A stretch of DNA of 64,000 nt from Bacteroidota bacterium (GTDB lineage Bacteria; Bacteroidota; Bacteroidia; UBA7662), in NCBI GenBank assembly GCA_027485465.1, contig JAIXRA010000016.1, positions 6-64,005 on the forward strand, given 5' to 3'. Below the pieces are notes generated by a model. It worked only from the letters and a program-made list of their open reading frames with translations, had not been told where the DNA came from and ran no database searches. The position numbers and the translations under genes were made by a program. How positions within the stretch are numbered: the stretch's first letter is position 1; each line of letters begins with the position of its first letter. Shown piece after piece: positions 1 to 8,617 of the stretch.

Positions 1-1
1 T

Positions 2-736
2 CGTCATCCGTCGCTTTTTGCATTGAATACCCAAGTAAGGGGGGATACGGTGATTTGGAGTGGTTTTGGGAATCCGACACCGGCGTTGCCCTTGAACAGT
101 CTTTTGTTTCGCTTGAAATTTGTTTTGCCCACTTCTCTATCAGGTACCTTCCCGGTTCGTTGGCTGCCATCCTACTCCTATATGAGCGATGTTTATCAGG
201 GTTCCTGGAACTTGTCGCTGGCCGATGGGGGGGTGGAGGCGGTTCCGGTCTTGGTCCCATTGCAGATACGACGGCAGTTTCTAGGAGGTCAATACACCGA
301 TACTTTGGAGGTGAACCCGCAGCCTGGGGCGGCGGTACAATGGTTTTTGAATGGTCAGGTCCTGGCAGGTGGGGATAATGGACGGCTTTTGGCCGTTTTG
401 GGCGGGGATTACACCGCAGTACAGAACGTTTCTGGGTGTTTTTCGGCTGTTTCTGCGCCATTTCGGGTCGATCCAGTCGGACTTGAACCATTCTCGGCAG
501 TTCATCGTTCGCTCCTGTATCCTAACCCGGTCCTTGGGAGTTTGGACTGGGAGCAATTGGTAAAGGTCTTGGTAAGCGAAGGAATGACCCCGCCTTTTGA
601 GGGTACGGTGGTGGGACTATCAGGCGGTGTTGTTGGCTCAGTGCAGGAGGTTATCGATTTAGCCCCTGGTTTCTATGGTCTATGGATAAAAGATGCCAGA
701 GGCCGTAATGTATTTATTCGTTTTTTGAAAGGATAA
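2..736 (+). CDS. Secreted protein of unknown function, 5'-truncated at the window edge, ending in a T9SS (Por) C-terminal sorting domain
   Basis: Frame is open back to position 2, so the gene likely starts upstream of the window. The last ~75 aa (..SLLYPNPVLGSL..GFYGLWIKDARGRNVFIRFLKG) match the Por_Secre_tail pattern (PNP motif, GxY..ends in K-rich beta strand). Confidence 0.45.
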   Translation, partial: RHPSLFALNTQVRGDTVIWSGFGNPTPALPLNSLLFRLKFVLPTSLSGTFPVRWLPSYSYMSDVYQGSWNLSLADGGVEAVPVLVPLQIRRQFLGGQYTDTLEVNPQPGAAVQWFLNGQVLAGGDNGRLLAVLGGDYTAVQNVSGCFSAVSAPFRVDPVGLEPFSAVHRSLLYPNPVLGSLDWEQLVKVLVSEGMTPPFEGTVVGLSGGVVGSVQEVIDLAPGFYGLWIKDARGRNVFIRFLKG

Positions 737-746
737 CGCCCCAAAC

Positions 747-1337
747 CTATTTGGGAAAATCGCTCGTTTTGTGTACGACGCCCTGGTTGAGTCGGTAAAC
801 TTCACCGCTTTCGGGGCATGTCGCCATTCCTTTGTCGTTGAAGTTCAGTTTATGACCGTATTCACTCATCCAGCCCGTTTGTTTGGCTGGATTTCCGACG
901 ACTAGGGCATAATCAGGGACATGTTTAGTTACAACGGCCCCTGCACCAACAAAGGCATACTTGCCGATATCATGTCCGCAGACAATAGTGGCGTTTGCGC
1001 CTATGCTTGCACCTTTGCCGACCCTTGTTTGCGCATATTGGCCACGTCGATTTATAGCGGAGCGTGGATTCACTACGTTGGTAAAAACACAGGATGGTCC
1101 CAAAAAAACATCATCTTCGCAGATCACACCGGTATAGAGGCTAACATTGTTTTGAATTTTAACATTGGACCCTAGGACGACTCCAGGAGAAATTACAACA
1201 TTTTGTCCAATGTTACAAAATTTGCCAACAATCGATTCCTGCATAATATGCGAAAAATGCCATATTTTTGTACCCTCACCAAGGATAGAGCCCTCATCAA
1301 CGACCGCAGTTGGGTGAATAAATACGTTGTTATACAT
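747..1337 (-). CDS. Left-handed beta-helix (hexapeptide-repeat) sugar N/O-acetyltransferase, WlbB/PglD-like
   Basis: 196 aa with repeated [LIV]G-x4 hexapeptides (IGQNVVISPGVVLGSNVKIQNNVSL..) and a C-terminal region typical of NeuD/WlbB-family sugar acetyltransferases. Confidence 0.7.
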   Translation of the reverse strand: MYNNVFIHPTAVVDEGSILGEGTKIWHFSHIMQESIVGKFCNIGQNVVISPGVVLGSNVKIQNNVSLYTGVICEDDVFLGPSCVFTNVVNPRSAINRRGQYAQTRVGKGASIGANATIVCGHDIGKYAFVGAGAVVTKHVPDYALVVGNPAKQTGWMSEYGHKLNFNDKGMATCPESGEVYRLNQGVVHKTSDFPK

Positions 1338-1374
1338 CAGAATTTTATCTTAATTGAATTGCTGGGTAAAGGGT

Positions 1375-2010
1375 CTAAAAGAACGAAAGATCCGTGTTCT
1401 GTTCCTTCATGGCATGGTTAAAACAGGGTCGACAAAGCGGTCTGTAATGATCCTCTGCGCCCAATACCCTGGTGGATTGAAGATGTGTATGTCGGTAAGA
1501 ATGAGATGCTTCATTTCCACATGTTGTACAAATCGCCCTAACTTTCGTGACTTCTTCGGCGATCGCCATCAAGTTGGGCATGGGCCCAAAAGGTTGTCCC
1601 AAAAAATCCATATCCAAGCCCGCCACCACCACTCGGTGATTCTGTTGGCTTAATTGCAAGGCAACTTTAACGAGATCTTGATCTAGAAATTGGGCTTCAT
1701 CAATCCCTATGACCAGCCCCTCCACTTCTTCATCTGCTGCTTTTGGAAAATGCAGCGATATATATTCGATAATTTGACTTGCGTGATGAATGTTATAGCA
1801 TTGAATGCTATTCCTATTATGCGATACCACAGCATCGGGCTCATAACGTTTGTCAAATTCAGGCTTGAAAATCAATACTTGAAGTCCTGCTAATTCGGCT
1901 CTCCGTAACCTTCGGATGAGCTCCTCGGTCTTACCCGAAAACATGGAGCCAGTGATCACCTCAATGAAGCCACGCACCGGTGGTTTGGACGTAGGGTGGT
2001 TTGGTTTCAT
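1375..2010 (-). CDS. tdk: Thymidine kinase
   Basis: P-loop GSMFSGKTEELIRR, a C-terminal zinc ribbon (CxxC..CRPC), and ~200 aa length are typical of type II Tdk. Confidence 0.9.
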   Translation of the reverse strand: MKPNHPTSKPPVRGFIEVITGSMFSGKTEELIRRLRRAELAGLQVLIFKPEFDKRYEPDAVVSHNRNSIQCYNIHHASQIIEYISLHFPKAADEEVEGLVIGIDEAQFLDQDLVKVALQLSQQNHRVVVAGLDMDFLGQPFGPMPNLMAIAEEVTKVRAICTTCGNEASHSYRHTHLQSTRVLGAEDHYRPLCRPCFNHAMKEQNTDLSFF

Positions 2011-2108
2011 CGCTTGAAGATAGGCTGAACCCAGTCAACTGGCCAAACGGTATGAATTCGTGTTCGTTGTTTAAACCTCGAATTCTGAAGGTCTTGTGGA
2101 TAAGTTTT

Positions 2109-2143
2109 GTGGGGGAAAGTGGGATATAGTGGGAAAAAGTGGT
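2109..2143 (+). promoter_or_regulatory. Putative MraZ operator: four direct GTGGG/GTGGT repeats at exactly 10-bp spacing upstream of mraZ
   Basis: GTGGGggaaaGTGGGatataGTGGGaaaaaGTGGT sits at 2109, 2119, 2129 and 2139. MraZ is known to bind spaced TGGGN direct repeats in the dcw promoter. Confidence 0.55.
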
Positions 2144-2172
2144 TAATTCGTACCTCAGAATCGCCAACCATC

Positions 2173-2628
2173 GTGACGCAACTCATCGGGGAATTTCCAT
2201 TGAAACTGGACGCCAAGTCTAGGATTAGCCTGCCGGCCGGTTTGCTGCGGCAGGTACCTGCCGAATCGGCAGGCAAATGGGTGATTAACCGTGGATTTGA
2301 GGCTTGTTTGGTGCTGTATCCGGCACCAGAATGGGAATCCATGGTCGCAGAGTTGGGTCAGTTGAATCCGTATGTCCGCGAAAACAGGGAATTTCTTCGG
2401 TATTTCCTCCGTGGAGCGACCTCTTTGGAATCGGATTCGGCTCATCGCCTTCTATTGCCCAAGCCCTTGCTGCAATACGCGGGCATCGACAAAGACTTGG
2501 TTCTCTTTGGGCATTTGAACCGCCTGGAAATATGGTCGGAGCAGGCTTACCTGCGCATGCTCGATCAGGAACCCCAGGATTTCTCGGCGCTTGCCGAGCG
2601 GGTGATGGGAGGAAAATGGAATGGATAG
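2173..2628 (+). CDS. mraZ: Transcriptional regulator MraZ
   Basis: Two SpoVT/AbrB-like repeats (GEFPLKLDAKSRISLPA.. and a second repeat). The GTG at 2173 is chosen as start because the upstream part of the ORF-track call (2107) overlaps the operator repeats. Confidence 0.85.
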   Translation: MTQLIGEFPLKLDAKSRISLPAGLLRQVPAESAGKWVINRGFEACLVLYPAPEWESMVAELGQLNPYVRENREFLRYFLRGATSLESDSAHRLLLPKPLLQYAGIDKDLVLFGHLNRLEIWSEQAYLRMLDQEPQDFSALAERVMGGKWNG

Positions 2629-3613
2629 GCCTTTTTATCATCAACCTGTTATGCTGGACGCCTGCTTGGATGCCCTGCAAATCAGGACGGATGGGGTCTA
2701 TGTGGATTGCACCTTGGGTGGAGGAGGTCACGCAAGGGCCATTCTTGGCCGTTTAGGACCCCAGGGTCGGCTTTTTGGGATCGATCAGGACCCGGACGCT
2801 CTCCAAAGGGCGGCCCAAGGCTCGCTCGATTATGGTCCCGGTTTGACCGAGGACCCTCGATTTACACTCATTGACGGGAATTTCTCTCAGATGGAACGCT
2901 TTCTGCAATGGCATGGGGTTTCCACTGTTCAGGGAATCCTCGCCGATTTGGGTGTTTCATCCCATCAGTTGGACGAAGAACAAAGGGGTTTCGCATTCCG
3001 CCATGAATCATCCCCTCTGGATATGCGTATGGATCGTCGGGGCGGCGTTACCGCCGAAGAATGGTTAAAAACCGCCGAACAAAGCGAGATGGCGGAGGTC
3101 TTTTATAGGTACGGTGAGATTCGTCCATCCCGAGCGCTGGCATTGGATGTGGTCAAGGCGCGTGGCGAGGGTGGTATCTCGACCACCGGGCAGCTCAAGG
3201 CTTTGGCCATGAAGTATGTCGGACAGGAAAAGCCATCGCGTTTTGTGGCCAGGGTTTTTCAGGCCATTCGAATTCACCTCAACCAGGAGTTGGACAGCCT
3301 TTGCGCCCTGTTGGAGCAATCGGCGAGGCTTTTGGCCCAAGAAGGTCGCTTGGTGGTCATGAGTTACCACTCCTTGGAGGACCGTTTGGTCAAAAACTAC
3401 ATCAACCACGGCAGCCTGGATGGCAAAGCGTTCAAGGACTTGTACGGTCATCCGCTCCGGCCCTTTGACCCCATCCGGGGACGTTTTGTGACGGCGGATG
3501 AAGAAGAATCCGTCCAAAATCCCCGTTCACGCAGCGCCCGCCTACGGATTGGGGTCCGCAACGATTTGACCTGGAAACAATGGCAGGAACGATTGAGCCA
3601 AGCCGTGTTATGA
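2621..3613 (+). CDS. rsmH: 16S rRNA m4C1402 methyltransferase RsmH (MraW)
   Basis: N-terminus YHQPVMLDACLDAL..DCTLGGGGHARAIL is diagnostic of RsmH, and it holds the canonical dcw position. Confidence 0.92.
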   Translation: MDRPFYHQPVMLDACLDALQIRTDGVYVDCTLGGGGHARAILGRLGPQGRLFGIDQDPDALQRAAQGSLDYGPGLTEDPRFTLIDGNFSQMERFLQWHGVSTVQGILADLGVSSHQLDEEQRGFAFRHESSPLDMRMDRRGGVTAEEWLKTAEQSEMAEVFYRYGEIRPSRALALDVVKARGEGGISTTGQLKALAMKYVGQEKPSRFVARVFQAIRIHLNQELDSLCALLEQSARLLAQEGRLVVMSYHSLEDRLVKNYINHGSLDGKAFKDLYGHPLRPFDPIRGRFVTADEEESVQNPRSRSARLRIGVRNDLTWKQWQERLSQAVL

Positions 3614-4005
3614 ACGCAGACAAGCCAAAATCTCCTTCCTGGAATCTCTGGACCCTCTTGGACCCAGAGCGTTGGGTTCAGCCTGATTTGTTGCGTCGAC
3701 ACGGTCTTTTTGGGATCTATCTGATCACGCTGATGATTTTGTACATCGCCCACATTCATCGTTGTGAAAGCTTGGTCCGTAACATGAGTTTGCTCGAAAA
3801 AAGCAACCAAGAACTCCGGTCCCAATATCTGTTTTTGAAAACAGAATTGGTGAGTCTTGGGCAACTAGAGCGTGTATCGCAAAGAGCATTGGCCATGGGC
3901 TTGTTTCCCCTGCGGGTACCACCCCTGGCCCTTAACCGCAGCGTGCACGAATTCGAAAAACGCCGCATACCTCCATCTTCAACTAGTTCCAAATCAAGAC
4001 CCTAG
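3610..4005 (+). CDS. ftsL: Cell division protein FtsL (Bacteroidetes type)
   Basis: Small bitopic protein with one TM helix (LFGIYLITLMILYIAHI) followed by a coiled-coil region, between rsmH and ftsI. Its ATG overlaps the rsmH stop (ATGA). Confidence 0.55.
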   Translation: MNADKPKSPSWNLWTLLDPERWVQPDLLRRHGLFGIYLITLMILYIAHIHRCESLVRNMSLLEKSNQELRSQYLFLKTELVSLGQLERVSQRALAMGLFPLRVPPLALNRSVHEFEKRRIPPSSTSSKSRP

Positions 4006-4009
4006 GCCA

Positions 4010-5962
4010 GTGATCGGAACCAATCAGGGATGGCGTTTGAACGGCACTTTTTTGGTGCTGTTGGTATTGGCCCTTGTTATTTTGACGAGGGTCTATCTCT
4101 ATGCGACGACCTGGGGGGAAGCATACCGGGCGCAGTCGGTGAAGGAAAACCTCCGCCTTTTTGATTTACCAGCCAATAGGGGTGATATCTACGATTGTCA
4201 GATGAATTTATTGGCTTCCTCGGTTCCGATGTATGAATTGAGAATTGATTTTGGGGTGCAGACCATGGTGGATTCGGCCTTTGACCGGCAGGTCGACGAA
4301 TTGGCTGCAGGGCTATCGGATATTTTCCCGGATGTTTCCCGCTTGTTGTGGAAGACCAAACTTATACAGGCACGTTATGCCAAAAATCCCAATCGGTATT
4401 GGTTGTTACGAAAAGGAGTGAGCTTCGGGACCTTGGCTCAAGTCCGAAAATTGCCCATGTTGAAAGATGAATCGACCTTGAGGGGTGCCTTGGTAGCGAT
4501 TCAAACCAACCGTCGGGTGATGCCCTATGGTGATTTGGCCGCAAGGACCATTGGGTACCTCAAAAACGATACATCCCGTATTGGGATTGAAAAAGGTCTC
4601 GATACCGTCCTAGCCGGTACGCCAGGGCTGGTCCTCAAGCAGCGAATGGGCGGGGGTGTTTGGAAGCCCATGGGCGATGGGATTCAACGGGATCCCAAGC
4701 ATGGTCAATCGGTTGTTACGACTTTGGATATTCGATTGCAAGAGATTGCTCATGAATCACTTATCAAAGCAATGGAATCCCACAAGGCACGATTGGGTTG
4801 CGCCATCTTGCTGGAAACCCGTACCGGCAAAGTACGGGCCATGGTTAATCTGGTACGCAACCAAAAAGGGGAAGCCTACGGAGAATGGAACCAGGTGGCC
4901 TACGGTTACCCGGTCGAACCGGGTTCGGTATTCAAGTTGGCTTCGTTGATGGCCGGGGTTGCGGATGGTCATTGGAATTTGAACGATACCGTCGAAATGG
5001 GATCGTACGTATTCAATTCGGGTTCCTACCAAATCCAGGACGATCATCGTTACGGATCGCGCATGAGTGTGGAGGAAATTTTCTCCAAAAGTTCCAATGT
5101 TGGGATTTCCAAATTGCTACACCGGGGGTATTCAGGTCAACCCAAAAGATATTTTGACCGGCTACGCGCCTTTGGATTGGATCGTCGCATCAACCTCCCT
5201 TTGTTGGAGGACCCCAGGCCTCTCTACCGTGATCCCGAACATCGTGGTTGGAGTGCATCGGATTTGTATTCCACAGGTATCGGTTATTCGATGCAAATCA
5301 CCCCGCTCCAATTGTTGGCATTTTATAATGGGGTGGTGAACGGGGGGGTGCGTCAGGATCCTAGCTTGGTGGAAGGACTGTCCAAACCCAAGGGCACCCG
5401 CATTCTGGAAAAGCGTCATGCCGCGGCGGCCCTTCGGATGATGCGAAGGGTTGCGGTCGACGGAACCGTCAAGGAACAAATGAAGGGGCTCACTTTTGGG
5501 ATTGGGGGCAAAACAGGCACCGCTCGATTGCGCAATGAGCAGGGTTCGACCTCCGAAAACCGGCACCGGGCCATGTTCATTGGCTATTTCCCGGATCCCG
5601 ATCCACAGTACACCTGCTTGGTGATGATTGAAGAGCCATCGGCGGGGATTTATTACGCCTCGATGGTGGCGGCCCCTGTTTTTCGGGACATTGCCGAACA
5701 AACCATGGCCATCAAAGAATACCGCCCCAATTTGCGAAAAGCCAGCCTCCAAGGAAGGAGTACATCGGTGGTTGAAGTCAACGAAAGCCCTATCCAAAGC
5801 CCGGATGAATTGATAGGGATGGATGCTTCGGCGGCGATATGGGCCTTGGAGCGCCAGGGTTACATCGTTTCGGTGCAAGGCAACGGTCGGGTTCGTCGCT
5901 TTTGGGGCAATTTGAATTCGAATAAACCTGGGCAGCGGGTTACGCTGTTGCTGGGGTCGTGA
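4010..5962 (+). CDS. ftsI: Peptidoglycan D,D-transpeptidase FtsI (PBP3)
   Basis: N-terminal TM helix, PBP dimerisation domain and transpeptidase domain with SxxK (GSVFK), SSN and KTGT motifs. GTG start at 4010 lies just after the ftsL stop. Confidence 0.85.
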   Translation: MIGTNQGWRLNGTFLVLLVLALVILTRVYLYATTWGEAYRAQSVKENLRLFDLPANRGDIYDCQMNLLASSVPMYELRIDFGVQTMVDSAFDRQVDELAAGLSDIFPDVSRLLWKTKLIQARYAKNPNRYWLLRKGVSFGTLAQVRKLPMLKDESTLRGALVAIQTNRRVMPYGDLAARTIGYLKNDTSRIGIEKGLDTVLAGTPGLVLKQRMGGGVWKPMGDGIQRDPKHGQSVVTTLDIRLQEIAHESLIKAMESHKARLGCAILLETRTGKVRAMVNLVRNQKGEAYGEWNQVAYGYPVEPGSVFKLASLMAGVADGHWNLNDTVEMGSYVFNSGSYQIQDDHRYGSRMSVEEIFSKSSNVGISKLLHRGYSGQPKRYFDRLRAFGLDRRINLPLLEDPRPLYRDPEHRGWSASDLYSTGIGYSMQITPLQLLAFYNGVVNGGVRQDPSLVEGLSKPKGTRILEKRHAAAALRMMRRVAVDGTVKEQMKGLTFGIGGKTGTARLRNEQGSTSENRHRAMFIGYFPDPDPQYTCLVMIEEPSAGIYYASMVAAPVFRDIAEQTMAIKEYRPNLRKASLQGRSTSVVEVNESPIQSPDELIGMDASAAIWALERQGYIVSVQGNGRVRRFWGNLNSNKPGQRVTLLLGS

Positions 5963-7476
5963 TGAAACTGGATTTGTTACTCCGGGAATTGGAAGTCCTC
6001 GACACCAGAGGGCCGCTGGATCTTTCCATCGAATCGGTTTGCGCCGATCATCGGGAGGCAAAGCCTGGTGCAATGTGGGTTGCCATCCGCGGTAGCCGAG
6101 TCGACGGCCATGCCTGGGTTGAAGAAGCGCTGAGGGGCGGGGTTAGCGTGGTGGTGGTCGAAAATGACTTGGCTCCATGGGCGGAGGCCTACCCCCAAAG
6201 CACCTTGGTTCGCGTTCAAAACAGTGCCGAAGCTTTGGGACTTTTGGCATCGGCGATGCAGGGGCATCCATCGCGGGATTTCGACCTGATTGGGGTGACG
6301 GGGACCAATGGGAAAACCAGTGTGGTGACCCTTCTTTACCAGGTATTTAGCCAAATGGGATTCACCTGCGGTTTGATATCCACCGTCGAGTGCCGGGTGG
6401 GGGATCGGGTCCTTCCTTCGACCCATACCACCCCGGATGCCCTTCGAATCAACGAATTGTTACGAGAAATGAAAGAAGCCGGATGCCGGTACGTGTTTAT
6501 GGAGGTTAGTTCCCACGCCATGGCTCAGCACCGGGTTCGTGGATTGCGTTTTCGGGGCGGGGTCTTTACCAATTTGACCCGGGATCATCTGGACTATCAC
6601 GGCACGATGGAAAATTATTTTTTGGCCAAGCGTGCCTTTTTTGATAGCCTGGATTCAACCGCCTTTGCTCTGTACAATGCGGACGATGCCTACGGTCAGG
6701 CCATGGTTTCCTGCAGTGCAGCCATTAAGGTCGCCTACACTTTGAAAGGCGGGGCGGACCTACCGGCAGGCCAAGTGGTTTTTGGTGGCTCCAATCTGGT
6801 CTTGGAGCCGGGTTCATTGCGCATGGATACGACCGAAATCCCCGTGCAGGCGAATCTGACGGGGCGTTTCAACGCCTACAACGCCCTGGCCGTTTATGCA
6901 GTTGCCCGCTTGTTATCGGCTGCCCCCGTGGATATTTCCAAGGCATTGGCGCAGGCCCAACCACCGCAGGGACGAATGTGGAGCCTGAAAGGACCCGAGG
7001 GCCGCTGGGGTTTGGTGGATTATGCCCATACCCCCGATGCGTTAGAGCAGGTTTTGACCACCCTAAAGGATCTCCAAAAAGACCATGGCCGCCTCTTGGT
7101 GGTCTTTGGTTGTGGCGGCGATCGCGACCAGGGCAAGCGTCCCTTGATGGCCGAAGTCGCCTATGCGCATTCCGATGTGATGGTGATGACCTCGGACAAC
7201 CCTCGCAGCGAAGAACCGCTTCGGATTTTGGAACAAATGCGTGAAGGATTGCCCTCCGATGCAATCTCGGAACGGGTCCATTCCATGGCAGACCGGGACG
7301 AGGCCATCCGCGAAGCGGTTCGGTTGAGTCGCCGGGGGGATATGATTTTGGTGGCCGGCAAAGGGCACGAAGCCTACCAAGAAATTCAGGGTCAACGCAT
7401 CCCCTTCAGTGACCGTGAGCGGTTAACGCATTACTTGAATTCGATAGAGTCCATCGACGCAAATTCTAAATCCTGA
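5962..7476 (+). CDS. murE: UDP-N-acetylmuramoyl-L-alanyl-D-glutamate--2,6-diaminopimelate ligase
   Basis: Mur ligase P-loop GVTGTNGKTS, a DNPR motif near the C-terminus (MTSDNPRSEEP), and dcw synteny. Confidence 0.9.
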   Translation: MKLDLLLRELEVLDTRGPLDLSIESVCADHREAKPGAMWVAIRGSRVDGHAWVEEALRGGVSVVVVENDLAPWAEAYPQSTLVRVQNSAEALGLLASAMQGHPSRDFDLIGVTGTNGKTSVVTLLYQVFSQMGFTCGLISTVECRVGDRVLPSTHTTPDALRINELLREMKEAGCRYVFMEVSSHAMAQHRVRGLRFRGGVFTNLTRDHLDYHGTMENYFLAKRAFFDSLDSTAFALYNADDAYGQAMVSCSAAIKVAYTLKGGADLPAGQVVFGGSNLVLEPGSLRMDTTEIPVQANLTGRFNAYNALAVYAVARLLSAAPVDISKALAQAQPPQGRMWSLKGPEGRWGLVDYAHTPDALEQVLTTLKDLQKDHGRLLVVFGCGGDRDQGKRPLMAEVAYAHSDVMVMTSDNPRSEEPLRILEQMREGLPSDAISERVHSMADRDEAIREAVRLSRRGDMILVAGKGHEAYQEIQGQRIPFSDRERLTHYLNSIESIDANSKS

Positions 7477-7480
7477 ACCC

Positions 7481-8617
7481 GTGTTGTACTACCTCTTTGA
7501 TTATTTGGACAGGGTATGGGACCTCAGTGGTGCCGGGGCCTTTCGATTTATCACCTTCCGCGCTTCGTTGGCCGCGGCTCTTTCCTTGTTAATTAGTTTG
7601 TTTATCGGCAAGCGGATTATTCGCTGGTTGCAGGCCAAACAAATCGGAGAAAGCATTCGTGATTCCGGGCCGGCGTCCCACCTATCCAAGAAAGGAACGC
7701 CGACCATGGGAGGGCTGATCTTGATAGTTTCCATCCTAGTGCCGACCCTCTTGGCGGCACGGCCTGATAATATTTATGTGATTTTGATGCTCGTAGCCAC
7801 CCTGTGGATGGGTGTGATTGGTGGGGTGGACGATTATATCAAAGTCTTTTTGAAAGACAAAAAAGGCCTGCGCTCCCGTTCCAAGGTGATTGGTCAAATT
7901 GGTTTGGGGCTCTTGATTGCCTCGGTCCTTTACTACCACCGGGATATTTCAACGATGGCCCTCAAAACCAACCTGCCGATCACCAAATACGGGTTGGATT
8001 ATTCCAAACTGGGTTGGGATCCTTCCCTGGTTTGGGTCTTTTACTTTGCGCTGATTGTATTTATTGTTACCGCGGTTACCAATGCCGTCAATCTTACCGA
8101 CGGGGTCGATGGTCTGGCCGCAGGAACCAGTGCGATTGTTGGCACGGGTTTGGGCATTCTGGCTTACATGTCGGGTAATATCAAACTGGCATCCTACCTA
8201 AACCTCTTGTATGTACCTGGTTCTGGGGAGGTGGTGGTTTTCTTGGCGGCTTTGGTTGGAGCCTGTATTGGATTTTTGTGGTACAATGCGTATCCCGCAC
8301 AGGTTTTTATGGGGGATACCGGGTCCATGGCCTTGGGGGGTGCCTTTGCTTCCGTTGCCCTGATTATCAAAATGGAACTGATGCTGCCCATCCTTTGCGG
8401 TATCTTTTTTGTGGAGAGCCTATCGGTCATTATCCAAGTCACTTGGTTCCGATACACCAAAAAAAGAACGGGCGTTGGCCAACGGGTATTCCGGATGGCG
8501 CCCCTGCACCATCATTACGAATTGGGAGGCCTGGCGGAGCCCAAATTGGTCACTCGCTTTTGGATTGTTACGATTCTTTTGGTGATTCTCACCTTTACCA
8601 TGCTCAAACTGCGATGA
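7481..8617 (+). CDS. mraY: Phospho-N-acetylmuramoyl-pentapeptide transferase
   Basis: MLYYLFDYL start and a polytopic membrane protein with the MraY signature (..NAVNLTDGVDGLAAG..). Confidence 0.92.
   Translation: MLYYLFDYLDRVWDLSGAGAFRFITFRASLAAALSLLISLFIGKRIIRWLQAKQIGESIRDSGPASHLSKKGTPTMGGLILIVSILVPTLLAARPDNIYVILMLVATLWMGVIGGVDDYIKVFLKDKKGLRSRSKVIGQIGLGLLIASVLYYHRDISTMALKTNLPITKYGLDYSKLGWDPSLVWVFYFALIVFIVTAVTNAVNLTDGVDGLAAGTSAIVGTGLGILAYMSGNIKLASYLNLLYVPGSGEVVVFLAALVGACIGFLWYNAYPAQVFMGDTGSMALGGAFASVALIIKMELMLPILCGIFFVESLSVIIQVTWFRYTKKRTGVGQRVFRMAPLHHHYELGGLAEPKLVTRFWIVTILLVILTFTMLKLR

Noticed and set aside
2107-2172. ORF-track start of mraZ at 2107
   Set aside because: It would place the four phased GTGGG operator repeats inside the coding region. 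The GTG at 2173 gives a typical ~150-aa MraZ beginning TQLIGEF.
5162-6073. 303-aa antisense ORF inside ftsI/murE
   Set aside because: Same reasoning: it is antisense to well-supported PBP3 and MurE coding sequence and has no domain signature.
8278-8613. N-terminal 112-aa extension of the murD ORF-track call
   Set aside because: It lies entirely inside mraY in another frame. The conserved MurD N-terminus (MKRERLLVLGAGESG) starts at the ATG at 8614, which overlaps the mraY stop.
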